The notes beneath the pieces are model-generated. The model saw nothing but the letters and a program-made list of their open reading frames with translations, was not told the origin of the DNA and made no database searches. Shown in pieces: positions 49,411 through 60,103 of a stretch of 64,000 nucleotides of DNA. The stretch is taken from positions 192,001 to 256,000 of the forward strand of contig JBNKHE010000006.1 of the NCBI GenBank assembly GCA_050290185.1. The letters run 5' to 3'. The position numbers and the translations under genes are program-made. Numbering within the stretch: the stretch's first letter is position 1; each line of letters starts with the position of its first letter. The DNA comes from Pontiella sp. GTDB lineage: Bacteria > Verrucomicrobiota > Kiritimatiellia > Kiritimatiellales > Pontiellaceae.

Positions 49411-49422
49411 GGAGGCTTGTTA

Positions 49423-50517
49423 ATGAAGTTCAGCATCGAGAAGGATCAGATTCTTGAAGCACTGCAAAAAGTGCAGTCCATTGTCGGTCAACGTACCACC
49501 TTGCCCATTCTTTCGAATGTTCTGCTCGAAGTGAGAAATGGAAGATTGACGCTAACAACAACCGATATGGAAGTCAGTGTTCGTACAAGCATAGAAGCTG
49601 ATATCCAGCGCGATGGTGCAACCACCCTTCCAGCTCGTCGGTTCTTCAGTATTTGCCGCGACCTGCCAAACCATCAGGTTGAAATCGATATCAGCAATGA
49701 TGATGTGGCTGAAATCATATCCGGTTCCTACAACTGCAAACTTGAAGGGCTTTCAAATGACGATTTTCCGCCTATGCCTACATTCGAAGAGAGTTCGTCC
49801 TATAAGCTGAAGCAGGGTACACTGAAGGATATCCTCCAGAAAACCTCCTACGCAGCCTCTACGGACGAATCCAGGGCTATTCTTAATGGGTCCCTGATGG
49901 CCTTCCGCGATAACAAACTTACTGTGGTGTGCACCGATGGTCGCCGGCTTGCGTTGGTTGAGCAGGAAATTGATATTTCCGACGCTGCGGAATTGGATAT
50001 CGTTGTTCCCTCTAAGACCGTCAACGAATTGATCAAAACGCTCGATGAAGACGGCGATGCTGTAATAAAGACCTCGGCCACGCAGGTAGCTTTTGAATTC
50101 GGAAACATCTTCGTTATTTCAAAGTTGATTGATGGGACCTATCCCAACTACCGCCAGGTTATTCCATCGCAGTGCGAAGAACGGATTGCGGTTGATCGCG
50201 AAATGCTTCAAAGCGCAGTACGCCGTGTTTCTCTCATGCTTGATGATCAGGCGGCATCGGTAAAGATTCAGATTACGGAAAACCGGATGGAGCTGATTAC
50301 TTCATCCCCGGAAGTCGGTGAATCTCATGAAAGTGTTCCGGTAAAGTATTCCGGGAAGGATATCACGATCGCCTTTAATCCTGCGTTCCTGATGGCTCCG
50401 CTGAAGCATCTTGACAGCGATGAAATCTACCTGGAACTCTCGGATGAACTAAGTCCAGGGGTCATAAAGACCAACGTACCTTTCCTCTATGTGATCATGC
50501 CGATCCGCGTGAGTTAG
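49423..50517 (+). CDS. dnaN: DNA polymerase III beta clamp
   Basis: TLPILSNVLL, TDGRRLA, LIDGTYPNY, YVIMPIR; GGAGG RBS. Confidence 0.98.
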   Translation: MKFSIEKDQILEALQKVQSIVGQRTTLPILSNVLLEVRNGRLTLTTTDMEVSVRTSIEADIQRDGATTLPARRFFSICRDLPNHQVEIDISNDDVAEIISGSYNCKLEGLSNDDFPPMPTFEESSSYKLKQGTLKDILQKTSYAASTDESRAILNGSLMAFRDNKLTVVCTDGRRLALVEQEIDISDAAELDIVVPSKTVNELIKTLDEDGDAVIKTSATQVAFEFGNIFVISKLIDGTYPNYRQVIPSQCEERIAVDREMLQSAVRRVSLMLDDQAASVKIQITENRMELITSSPEVGESHESVPVKYSGKDITIAFNPAFLMAPLKHLDSDEIYLELSDELSPGVIKTNVPFLYVIMPIRVS

Positions 50518-50545
50518 AGAAAAGTTTTGCGTGGGAGCAGAGGAA

Positions 50546-50620
50546 TGGTTGCCGAACAAGGACTCGAACCTTGACTAAGCGAGTCAGAGTCGCTTGTGCT
50601 GCCAATTACACCATTCGGCA
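50546..50620 (-). tRNA. tRNA-Gln (CTG)
   Basis: Cloverleaf TGCCGAA...AGCGA-CTCTGAC-TCGCT...GGTTCGAGTCC...CCA. Confidence 0.95.
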
Positions 50621-50681
50621 TGGATGAGTGCGGAAAAGTAGCCATTAACACCGCTGTGATCAAGCAGGTTTCATAAAAAAA

Positions 50682-50921
50682 ATGTCTTCGGGAACCCAAA
50701 AGAAAATCATCCGTTTGCTAGGCGTTGGATTCGATGCCGATGATGGGCATATCCGCGTAACAAACGCGGATAAATATGATGTTCTGATGGGATCGGATGA
50801 AAGCCATGAGTACATAACTCAACTGATCGGCAAGATAGAAGCGGAACTCGAAAAACGCGGCTTGAACTTAGATGATCTAAATCCGGATGAGCTAAGTGAA
50901 ATTGTAAAATCACTCATCTAA
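50682..50921 (+). CDS. small hypothetical protein
   Basis: Protein-like acidic ORF (LLGVGFD.DDGH.RVT...GS.ESHE). Confidence 0.75.
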   Translation: MSSGTQKKIIRLLGVGFDADDGHIRVTNADKYDVLMGSDESHEYITQLIGKIEAELEKRGLNLDDLNPDELSEIVKSLI

Positions 50922-50950
50922 GGATTAAAACTCTGGCGGCAAGGTCCCGA

Positions 50951-51928
50951 TTATTCCCAGACGCCATAAATCGGCATGGAGCAATCCGGGCAGGTTCCAT
51001 TCTTTATCACGTTTTTCATTACGTGGTAGCCATGCCGCTCGATCAGGATCTTCTCGCAATTTGGACACCAGGTCTGCTCCCCTGCCCCATCAGACATATT
51101 GCCGACATAGACAAACTTCAGTCCGCATTCGATAGCGATCTGCCGTGCGCGCAGAATTATTTCCGTGGGCGTTGGCGGGAGATGCTTTAATTGGTTTTGA
51201 GGAAAAAACCTCGAAAAATGAAGGGGTGTCGATTCTCCAAGATGTTCCACGACCCAATCGCAAAGCTGCGTTGTTTCATCTTTCGAGTCATTCAATGTTG
51301 GAATCAGTAGATTGGTTATCTCAAGCATCACGCCACATTCCTTCATCACTTCCAGTGCTTTAAGCACGGGTTTAAGTCTCGCATCGCAAATATCCCGGTA
51401 GAAATCGTCGGAGAATGACTTTAGATCGACGTTGGCGGCATCCACATATTGGCAGATATGACGCAATGGTTCGGGATTGATGAATGCAGCGGTAACCAGA
51501 ACATTCTTGATTCCAAGTTCTGATGAGGCCTTACAACAATCATACGTATATTCGTACGAAACCAGGGGTTCGGTATAGGTATAAGCTATGGACGGACAAT
51601 CCCGTTTTTTTGCCATTTCTACGACATTTTCCGGGTAAACGTCCGATCCGCCTGCACCATATTGAGCGCTTTGTGAAATTGTCCAGTTTTGACATTGCTT
51701 GCAATGGAGATTACATCCGGCCGTCGCGAGGGAGAGAATTTTCGATCCAGGAAGAAAATGGTACAGAGGCTTCTTTTCAACGGGATCTATGTTTAGCGAG
51801 CAAGGGTGCGCATAGGTCGTGCACTGTATCCTTCCACCTTTGTTCTCACGAACCCGGCAATCACCGATTTCACCCGGTGCTAAATCACATCCTTTTGGGC
51901 AAATCGTGCATCTAATTCTCGTCTTCAT
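50951..51928 (-). CDS. amrS: AmmeMemoRadiSam system radical SAM enzyme
   Basis: DPVEKKPLYHF, GCNLHCKQCQNW, AYTYTEP, PLHFSRF. Confidence 0.92.
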   Translation of the reverse strand: MKTRIRCTICPKGCDLAPGEIGDCRVRENKGGRIQCTTYAHPCSLNIDPVEKKPLYHFLPGSKILSLATAGCNLHCKQCQNWTISQSAQYGAGGSDVYPENVVEMAKKRDCPSIAYTYTEPLVSYEYTYDCCKASSELGIKNVLVTAAFINPEPLRHICQYVDAANVDLKSFSDDFYRDICDARLKPVLKALEVMKECGVMLEITNLLIPTLNDSKDETTQLCDWVVEHLGESTPLHFSRFFPQNQLKHLPPTPTEIILRARQIAIECGLKFVYVGNMSDGAGEQTWCPNCEKILIERHGYHVMKNVIKNGTCPDCSMPIYGVWE

Positions 51929-52274
51929 CCTTTGTGCTTTCAGTGAAGAGGCTATCCAAGCCTTCAAAAGCTGAAAAGCCCCCGAGTTTTATAGCGCTTT
52001 CCGCCGAACTTCCATACCCCTTCATTTTGTGTTTTTCATGTTCGTGATCATGACAATAAACACATAGGAGTTCCCAGTTGCTGCCATCAGGAGGATTATT
52101 CTGATGGTTGTGATCTTTATGGTGAACGGTCAGCTCTTTCAATTTAGCCCCGGAAAACTCTCGGCTGCAGCTTCCACATACATGTGGAAAGAGCTTCAGG
52201 GCCTGGGCGCGATACCCCTTCTCCCTTTCAGCCATTTCCTGTTGAATTCGTTCAAATTTACTGGGATTTTTCAT
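51912..52274 (-). CDS. YajD-family HNH nuclease
   Basis: YRAQALKLFP.VC..C.REF, LTVHH.DHNH.NNP.DGSNWELLC.YCHD.EH. Confidence 0.9.
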   Translation of the reverse strand: MKNPSKFERIQQEMAEREKGYRAQALKLFPHVCGSCSREFSGAKLKELTVHHKDHNHQNNPPDGSNWELLCVYCHDHEHEKHKMKGYGSSAESAIKLGGFSAFEGLDSLFTESTKDEDEN

Positions 52275-53119
52275 GAGAGAATACTCCGTAATGCAGGTTG
52301 CAGACTGGCATACTTGAACTCGTAGCCAGATTTAATCAGTTTTTCAGGGTACACCTTTGCACTGGATAGCAAAAGCGCATCAGCCATTTCTCCAAAAAGC
52401 AGGTGTGCCGCAAACGACGGCATGGGTAAAATAGTCGGTCGCTTGAGTATTTTACCAAGTGTTTTTGTAAATTCCATATTGGTAACAGGTTCTGGTGAAA
52501 CCAGATTAACCGGTCCATGTATGCGTGGGTTATCAATCAGGTACCGAATAACAGCCACTTCATCGTCCAAACTAATCCAGCTCATAAACTGTTTACCCGT
52601 TCCAAGTATACCTCCCCCACCCAACTTGAAAGGAGTAAGCATTTTATTAAGTGCCCCACCTTTTGAGCTCAGTACTATACCGGTTCTGATCTGGACAGTC
52701 CGCACTCCCGCATCTTCAGCCGATTGGGTTGAATCTTCCCATTTTTTGCAAACCTCAGGAAGAAAACCGATCCCTGGCTGACTCGATTCGTTGAGTATTT
52801 CTCTTCCTCTATCCCCATAATATCCTATGGCTGAAGCACAAATAAAAACGGAAGGTTTCGATTCGCTATCGGAAATCTGGTTAGCCAGCTGCGTCGTTCC
52901 TTGAACACGGCTTTCTTCAATTCTCCTTTTTTTTCGGGGAGTCCAGCGACCGCTGGCTATATTTTCGCCAGCTAAATGAACTACGGCGTCCACACCTTTG
53001 AAATCAATGGTTTCCTCATAGCTTCGCGGCAGGGCTATTACCTCATGTCCATCCTTCTCTAGATCAGCTGTAAGTGCTGCCCCAACCAAGCCAGATGATC
53101 CAGAAATAAAAATTTTCAT
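52271..53119 (-). CDS. TIGR01777-family NAD-dependent epimerase
   Basis: SGSSGLVG, HLAGENI, SAIGYYG, SWISLDD. Confidence 0.92.
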   Translation of the reverse strand: MKIFISGSSGLVGAALTADLEKDGHEVIALPRSYEETIDFKGVDAVVHLAGENIASGRWTPRKKRRIEESRVQGTTQLANQISDSESKPSVFICASAIGYYGDRGREILNESSQPGIGFLPEVCKKWEDSTQSAEDAGVRTVQIRTGIVLSSKGGALNKMLTPFKLGGGGILGTGKQFMSWISLDDEVAVIRYLIDNPRIHGPVNLVSPEPVTNMEFTKTLGKILKRPTILPMPSFAAHLLFGEMADALLLSSAKVYPEKLIKSGYEFKYASLQPALRSILS

Positions 53120-53470
53120 CTCGTTGTTCCTTCGTTTCTTACACGTAGAATACATTTCCAAACTGATTTTTACAATGATTCATCCATCTGCGCCTGATCT
53201 CTTCCCGTTAACTAAATAGATTCAGATTATGAAAAATGTAAAAAAGGTCGATATGGAGGGACGATGTCCTCATCGTCTGTTCTTCGGCATAGCTCGGAAC
53301 AGCCGGTCAACACGATCGCTGGACGCGCTGGCACCCAGTCACTAAAAAAAAATAAATTCGGCCTCATCTTTATGGAAGTCGATTCTAAATATTTTACGGC
53401 TGGAACAATAGGTCGATTAGTTCTTTCATTTACATACATCTCGGTTGCTTTAATTGTCGGCTGAACACTA

Positions 53471-53479
53471 TTATTCACA
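53471..53479. promoter_or_regulatory. DnaA box upstream of mnmG
   Basis: TTATTCACA. Confidence 0.4.
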
Positions 53480-53549
53480 ACTCGTTGTTGACCACTGGAT
53501 TATCTACTGCAACTATCCGTCCCTTTCCAAAGGGATTGTAGGTTAATAT

Positions 53550-55439
53550 ATGAATAAGTCTTTATATAATGTAATAGTCGTGGGAGGTGGCCATGCCGGT
53601 TATGAAGCTGCGCTCGCATCCGCACGTTTAGGTGCCAAAACATTACTGGTAACGCTGAATAAATCTTTGATTGGAAGACTTCCATGTAATCCATCTATCG
53701 GCGGGATTGCCAAGTCACATATCGTGTCTGAACTGGACGCCTTGGGCGGTGAGTTGGGAAGGAATGCTGACTATACTGGAATACAATATCGAATGCTGAA
53801 CACCCGTAAGGGTCCAGCAGTGCAATCCAACCGACTTCAGTGTGATAAGGATTTATTCCCTATTCGGATTCAAGCTGTTTTGGGCATGCAGGAAAATCTT
53901 GATATTCTGGATGATGCAGTCACATCCATTCGGGCTAAAAATGGAAAAATCATAGGAATTACCACGCGTTCAGCGGGTGATATTGATGCTGATTCTGTCG
54001 TTATATGTACAGGTACTTTCCTGCGGGGAAGAGTATTGATTGGTATGAAAAGTATCAATCAGGGCCGTATGGGCGAGGAATCTTCCGAAGAGCTGTCGGC
54101 TTCATTCAGCCGATTTGGATTTGAACTCGGACGATTAAAAACGGGAACTCCGCCGCGGATTCATAAGGACTCCGTCGACTATTCGAAAATGGAAGTACAG
54201 TTTGGAGATGATCCCCCACCCTTCTTTTCACGAATGGCCCGCAAGGAATGGAAAATGTTCCACGTGGAACAGGCGGGATGTACTGATGAGGAAATTAAAC
54301 GTATGTTCCACGTGGAACAACGGGATCTTCACCCCTGGATGCCCGGAAAGGACCAGATTCCTTGCTACTTGACCCATACGAATGAAAAAACGCATCAGAT
54401 TATCGCGGATAACCTCGAAAAAAGCGCGATGTATGGTGGAATGGTAGAAGGAACGGGGGTTCGTTACTGTCCGTCCATCGAGGATAAGATCGTCAAATTT
54501 TCCGGTCGGGATTCGCATCACGTCTTTGTTGAGCCTGAAGGGCGAAATAATATCCGCCTGTATCCGAATGGAACTTCAAATAGTCTGCCGGAAGACGTAC
54601 AAGAAGAAATGATTCATTCTATCGTGGGATTGGAAAATGCAGAGATTCTCCGTCCTGGATATGCGATCGAGTATGATTATGCTGATCCAACCCAGCTTTT
54701 CCACACATTGGAGACAAAACGCGTCGAAAACCTCTATTTTGCAGGCCAATTGAATGGAACTACCGGTTATGAGGAGGCTGCTGGACAAGGATTTGTTGCT
54801 GGAACGAATGCAGCTCTGAAGTCACTGGGTCGCGAACCCTTCACATTGAGCCGGAACGAGGGCTACATCGGAGTATTAATAGATGACCTGGTAACAAAGG
54901 GAACCGATGAACCGTATCGCATGTTTACTTCACGCTCGGAACACCGTCTAACGCTTCGGCAGGATAATGTTTATTACCGGCTCCTTGAAAAAACAAAACA
55001 GATAGGGATCGTTGATAACATGGATATTAACGAAATATCACAGCAATGGAATGAGATCAATATTGAAAAAATCCGCCTGGAAAAGGTCTTTTTCGAGGGA
55101 AATTCGCTAGCTCAGATCTTACGCCGTCCGGAACTGTCCTATGATGAATTGCCACAGGAAAAATCTTCCCTGGATCCCGATGTTAAAAAGCAGGTAGAAA
55201 TAGAAGTAAAGTATGCTGGTTATATTAAACGCGAGCAGGAACGTATTGATTCGTCTAAAAAGCAGGAAACCCGATTGATACCTGCTGACTTTGATTACGA
55301 TACCGTAAAAAGTATGAGATATGAACCGCGTGAAAAGCTGAAGAAGATTCGGCCTGAAAATTTAGGTCAGGCGGCTCGTATATCAGGGGTTAATCCATCC
55401 GACATCACAATTTTAGGAATGTGGTTAAGCAAGCAATAG
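53550..55439 (+). CDS. mnmG: tRNA uridine 5-carboxymethylaminomethyl modification enzyme MnmG (GidA)
   Basis: [48 protein letters not shown]. Confidence 0.98.
   Translation: MNKSLYNVIVVGGGHAGYEAALASARLGAKTLLVTLNKSLIGRLPCNPSIGGIAKSHIVSELDALGGELGRNADYTGIQYRMLNTRKGPAVQSNRLQCDKDLFPIRIQAVLGMQENLDILDDAVTSIRAKNGKIIGITTRSAGDIDADSVVICTGTFLRGRVLIGMKSINQGRMGEESSEELSASFSRFGFELGRLKTGTPPRIHKDSVDYSKMEVQFGDDPPPFFSRMARKEWKMFHVEQAGCTDEEIKRMFHVEQRDLHPWMPGKDQIPCYLTHTNEKTHQIIADNLEKSAMYGGMVEGTGVRYCPSIEDKIVKFSGRDSHHVFVEPEGRNNIRLYPNGTSNSLPEDVQEEMIHSIVGLENAEILRPGYAIEYDYADPTQLFHTLETKRVENLYFAGQLNGTTGYEEAAGQGFVAGTNAALKSLGREPFTLSRNEGYIGVLIDDLVTKGTDEPYRMFTSRSEHRLTLRQDNVYYRLLEKTKQIGIVDNMDINEISQQWNEINIEKIRLEKVFFEGNSLAQILRRPELSYDELPQEKSSLDPDVKKQVEIEVKYAGYIKREQERIDSSKKQETRLIPADFDYDTVKSMRYEPREKLKKIRPENLGQAARISGVNPSDITILGMWLSKQ
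54256..54271. promoter_or_regulatory. parS: parS site 1
   Basis: Perfect palindrome TGTTCCACGTGGAACA. Confidence 0.9.
54304..54319. promoter_or_regulatory. parS: parS site 2
   Basis: Perfect palindrome TGTTCCACGTGGAACA, 48 bp after site 1. Confidence 0.9.
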
Positions 55440-56757
55440 AAATAGTATAATTGTATGCAGATGAATAAAAACCCCGAGAATTTTTGGAGGAAGTAATAAA
55501 ACGTACCGGAAAATCCGGTCTTTTAAGCTCGGGATGAATGGCTCCAAGTTTATTGCCTGTAGGCCGGAACATGATCGAACTCCCTGTTTAGGTATATTTT
55601 CTTAGATAGCTTAATACCAGTGTATTATTACGGTTCGTTGTTCCTACATTCGTGACAAGGTATAATCGGCCGTTGCATTTGGCCGCTTTAGATTGCAGGA
55701 AGTGACTGGTCGAAGACCATCCTGCCGGGACTCTTAAAGTAAAATCATAGCGAAATATAAAATATTAGCCGCTCGACAAAGGCTACAAGGTCTCTCGGAC
55801 TCAATCATTCCAGCCTTGTAAACCTTATTTTAGTAGCATTCAGTTATAACCATATTTTCCCCAATCAGGCAGTTTTTACCCCTACGATGAAGTATTCGCA
55901 AAGGGTAGGGGGGGCGTCACTCGATTAAAACTGGCGGCGAGAGAGTCACGTTCACGTTGCGGATTTCAACGCTGTGATAGAATTACAGAGGTCCGATTCG
56001 GCTCACATTAACGAGCGTGGCGAAACCGAAAAAATCCGGATAAACATACAGAATTAAAATCAGTTCCTGAGACGGGGAGGATGATTTGTATAATCGTCAA
56101 TTCCTTAATGTCATTCCATTCGGATAAAACCCTTTACCGCTCTAAATTGTTCAGCTCATACCCATATTTAGAGTGAGGAAAAATAGTGAATTGACTCCTT
56201 TCAGCCAAACAATCTGGATATTGTGCCAAGCTAGCGCACTGGCAGGCTGCAATCTACAACCGAAAAATACCGCTAGTGATCGTGAGCATTACGTTAACCT
56301 TATATTTTAGTAGTACATACATAAATAACTGGTAATAAAGGATAAATACAAGTTATGAATCAAAACGATCTATTCCTAATACGAAGGAAAAACCCTATGC
56401 AAGTCGCACGATAATCCAGACATCGCTACGATCTATGAAGATTGTCTCGGTGGGCCACTCGGCTATCTATCGCACAAGCTTCTCCACACAAAATACATCG
56501 AAAAGGAGCTAATATAAGAAGAGGGCGCATCGGTAAGCACATCATCGTCGGGGTGCATAGAGTAGATCGCAAAAAATATGCTGCACAAGTGCAGGAAATT
56601 TTCACGCGGTACCGTTCGCTGAGCCGTACGCGCTTGGGGCTGTGCGCGATAATTATTTTGTCCCTGATCATTTTGTCGATGTTTTCCCTTCAAGATTCGT
56701 TTAATTTTGGGGTTGCGTTCACAAAGTTGAATCATTAGTTTTCGCCTCTTCTCGAAT

Positions 56758-56833
<76 letters not shown>

Positions 56834-56838
56834 TTTTC

Positions 56839-56866
56839 AAGGCCCTGTTTTTCAGGGCCTTTTTTA
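56839..56866 (+). terminator. intrinsic terminator after tRNA-Lys
   Basis: aaggccctg-ttttt-cagggcctt plus T-run. Confidence 0.85.
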
Positions 56867-56996
56867 TTTGGAATCGTCCCTCCGTCTTTACTGATAATAT
56901 CGTTGATGTTCAAAGGAGAAGGGGATGCAAACAGTGCTTGAACTGTTAATCCATGGCCTGCACTATCTGCGCTTACCTGATTTCCTAGGAGTAAAA

Positions 56997-57536
56997 ATGA
57001 GTTTGCAATGGATTGCCATTCTACTGGGTGTTTTAGCCACTGCTGGTGGACTGATCGGAATATTTAAGCCGGAGATGATCAATCGCTTTGCTGAGTTGTT
57101 TCCACGGAGCATTGTTCCTGCATGGGTCCTTACTGCACTTTGTTGCTTTCTGGGTGCCAGAGAAGCATTAGCCATGAATATGGGATTCCTGGATTCCTAT
57201 AAAATTTACATCTACCTGCTTGCGCCCGTTGTCTTTGTTGCAAGCATAACGTATTTGAAGGAATTGCTGGCCCCGCGGGCACTGGGTGGTTTTTTACTGT
57301 TGATCGCGGTTCCCATTGTACGAACAGCCTCATTGTCGGGGAAACCTATGTTCCAGATTATAGTTGCACTGGTGTACTTATGGATTATCTATGGATTGAT
57401 TCTTCTTCTTTCGCCGTGGTGGTTCCGGAAATTCTATAAACCATTTCTGGGAAACAGTGGTCTGTTCAAGGCAACGGCAATAACGAAGACCGCAGTTGGT
57501 CTCGCATTAATTCTTCTTGGCGTCATTGTGTATTAG
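56997..57536 (+). CDS. multi-pass membrane protein
   Basis: About six hydrophobic segments; AGGAG RBS before ATG 56997. Confidence 0.8.
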   Translation: MSLQWIAILLGVLATAGGLIGIFKPEMINRFAELFPRSIVPAWVLTALCCFLGAREALAMNMGFLDSYKIYIYLLAPVVFVASITYLKELLAPRALGGFLLLIAVPIVRTASLSGKPMFQIIVALVYLWIIYGLILLLSPWWFRKFYKPFLGNSGLFKATAITKTAVGLALILLGVIVY

Positions 57537-57553
57537 ACATCACGAGGCTTCTA

Positions 57554-58294
57554 TTACTGGTCAGAAGTGTCCAAAACCGGCTGATCGGTTTCTTCGTCGA
57601 GGGATTTTCCGGCTGACTCATCTTCTCCTTTGAGGGCCTTTTCAGATTCCCATGCCCGCTGACACTTTTGAATCTGTTCCGTATACTCATCGACCATTTC
57701 CTCGGTGATACCCTGTCCGTATCTGGTTGCGATCCGGGCCATCTGTTCAATGGCTCTCAATGCCTTTTCATATTGACCGGTCACATAATAGGCTTCGGAA
57801 AGCGTACTCCAAACATGGTGGTCGTTCGGAGCAATCGCCATGGCCTCCTGGGCGAGTTTAATCGCGGCTTCTCCGTCCCGGAATGAAGGGTCCTCAGCGG
57901 TTGAGTAGAGCCAGGCAAGATTGTTTTTCAGTTGAAAGTCGTCGGGATATTCCGCAATCAGCTTTTTAAGTGAGGTTTCCGCCTTGGCGTATTGCTTTGC
58001 ACTAATGTAGACGTGGGCAATAATAAAACGCGCATTCTTGTTCAAAGGATCAATTTCCAGGATACGTTCATATACCCCTATTGCGGATGTATAGTCTTCT
58101 TCATCGAAGTACACCGATGCGACTTGCAGTAAAAAATCGATGCGCTCTTGATCGGTACGACTATCGATTTGCAAGCCACCGCTAAGGGCCGATGTTGCAG
58201 CATTGGTTACCTCCGGTTCATTTTGTTCCTGCGCAAAACCGGCAGGCGTAAACATGATGCTTAACAAGATGATGGCGCGGGTGGCTGGCTTCAT
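57554..58294 (-). CDS. secreted TPR protein
   Basis: Signal peptide; TPR motifs, NNLAWLYST. Confidence 0.88.
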   Translation of the reverse strand: MKPATRAIILLSIMFTPAGFAQEQNEPEVTNAATSALSGGLQIDSRTDQERIDFLLQVASVYFDEEDYTSAIGVYERILEIDPLNKNARFIIAHVYISAKQYAKAETSLKKLIAEYPDDFQLKNNLAWLYSTAEDPSFRDGEAAIKLAQEAMAIAPNDHHVWSTLSEAYYVTGQYEKALRAIEQMARIATRYGQGITEEMVDEYTEQIQKCQRAWESEKALKGEDESAGKSLDEETDQPVLDTSDQ

Positions 58295-58302
58295 TAAAAC
58301 TC

Positions 58303-59256
58303 CTAATTTGCATTGCCGATTTCGACATGTATTGCTGCGGGCTCGGTTTTGACAAGCTGGAGCCCGCTGGGAAGGTCTACGATTACCGGCAGATCATAGC
58401 CGGTATTTTCGGCCAGTCCAGTACAGCTTACATAAGCGAAAAGTTCAGCGGACCGCAGTTGATCAACCCGTTGCTGCTGCCCGATGACGGTCACATTGAT
58501 CGCCAGGGGCTGGATATCGAAACGGCGGCGTTCTCCCGGATTGCATAGAATCCGTACCGGGACTTTCTCGAAAACCGCCGTGCTGTTGTGGGCATCGAGC
58601 GTGAACTCAACGGATACCCGTTCAGGTTCCGTTTGCAGCCGTCCACCCTGGGGCAGGGCGATCCGTACATTCTCTTTGAAGGAAGACTGCCGGTTTTTGA
58701 GATCGATGGGCTCGGTACGGATATTATCCATCTTTTCAAGCTGCTGCTGTGCACCTTTCACCAGTACGGTTGCCGGCTTGCAGACTATACTCGCAATTTC
58801 AAAACCCTCCGGGAGAGACCCATTGAGTGCCGCTTTGACGGGAAGTGGTTTTTCCATCTCCCGATCGAGTTTTATTTCGATTTCCGCGGGATTGAACCGG
58901 AGTACGCGTGCGCCCGTGGGATTATTCTTCAGAAATATCGGATGAAGTTGAATGACCATGGCCTTTCCCTGTTCCGGATCGCTTACCGGAATCACGATGC
59001 GCAGTTGCTCGCGGTTGAGATCTCGAATGTCTTCCCGGGATCCTAAAAACCGGATATCTATGGTATCCAGTGATTTATCCAATACTGCCCAGCCTTCGGG
59101 AGCATCCACTTCAACCGCTATATTGGAAACCGGAAGCTCAAACCCAATGTTGCGCCTGATCGCCTGCCACGCAAAGAATGACAGCAAGAAACACAGTAAC
59201 AGAAGCCATTTTTCCTTCCGCAGTTGGTTCCAGAATCTGGAAAATCGATCATTCAT
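58303..59256 (-). CDS. cdaR: CdaR/YbbR-domain protein
   Basis: N-terminal TM plus about three YbbR-like beta repeats; follows cdaA. Confidence 0.82.
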   Translation of the reverse strand: MNDRFSRFWNQLRKEKWLLLLCFLLSFFAWQAIRRNIGFELPVSNIAVEVDAPEGWAVLDKSLDTIDIRFLGSREDIRDLNREQLRIVIPVSDPEQGKAMVIQLHPIFLKNNPTGARVLRFNPAEIEIKLDREMEKPLPVKAALNGSLPEGFEIASIVCKPATVLVKGAQQQLEKMDNIRTEPIDLKNRQSSFKENVRIALPQGGRLQTEPERVSVEFTLDAHNSTAVFEKVPVRILCNPGERRRFDIQPLAINVTVIGQQQRVDQLRSAELFAYVSCTGLAENTGYDLPVIVDLPSGLQLVKTEPAAIHVEIGNAN

Positions 59257-60103
59257 CCGACGTCTCTTTCACGGTCATTAAGGCGGTATCGGACAGCGCG
59301 GCCTCGCCCTTCTGGATTTTTTCGCGGAAGCGGGCCAGACCTGTACGTTCCCGCCGCAACATGGAGGAAAGCATGCGCCGCAGGCGTTCTTCTTCCAGGC
59401 CCCGGCGAATCTTTCCGTTGTAGGCAATGGAAATGGCTCCCGTTTCCTCGGATACAACGACGACGATGGCGTCGGTTTCCTCGGTAATCCCTATAGCGGC
59501 CCGGTGGCGTGTGCCGAGCTTGCTTTGATCTTCCTTTTGAGAAAGGGGAAACAGGCAACCGGCGGCGCATATACTATCGCCGGAAATAATTACACCCCCG
59601 TCGTGGAGCGGCGTGTGCGGAAAAAAGATGGTGGCCAGCAGCTCGGTGCTCACGGTGCTGTGCATTTTAGTTCCCGTATCCTGAATGGCACGCGTTCCGA
59701 TTTCCCGTTCGATGGCAATCAACGCACCGATCTTGCGGTTGGAAAGAATCATCACGGCCTGCATGATCGGCTCCACCAGACTCATTTGCGATGACATGCC
59801 GCTTGACCGCCAGGGCTGGCGACCCAGCCGGGCCAATGCACGCCGGATTTCGGGCTGGAAAATCACTACGACGGCCAGACTGATGTAGAGCATCAGCTTG
59901 GAAAGCAACCAGTTCAACACATCCAGATGGCTCAGGCTGGTGATGGCGAAGAGGATCACGAAAAGCATGATCAATCCAGACAGAATCGCCGAGCCACGCG
60001 TACCCTTGAAGAGCCGGAAAACAAAATACATCATAGTGGCCAGGATGAGAATTTCGATCCATCCCGTCCAGTCCGGCAGTTCAAGAGCTTTTATCCATTG
60101 CAT
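59249..60103 (-). CDS. cdaA: diadenylate cyclase CdaA
   Basis: Three TM, IFQPEIRRAL, PLHDGG, GTRHRAA, VSEETG. Confidence 0.95.
   Translation of the reverse strand: MQWIKALELPDWTGWIEILILATMMYFVFRLFKGTRGSAILSGLIMLFVILFAITSLSHLDVLNWLLSKLMLYISLAVVVIFQPEIRRALARLGRQPWRSSGMSSQMSLVEPIMQAVMILSNRKIGALIAIEREIGTRAIQDTGTKMHSTVSTELLATIFFPHTPLHDGGVIISGDSICAAGCLFPLSQKEDQSKLGTRHRAAIGITEETDAIVVVVSEETGAISIAYNGKIRRGLEEERLRRMLSSMLRRERTGLARFREKIQKGEAALSDTALMTVKETSDE

Noticed and set aside
53227..53478. 83-aa minus-strand ORF
   Set aside because: No clear RBS or motif; overlaps the probable divergent promoter region.
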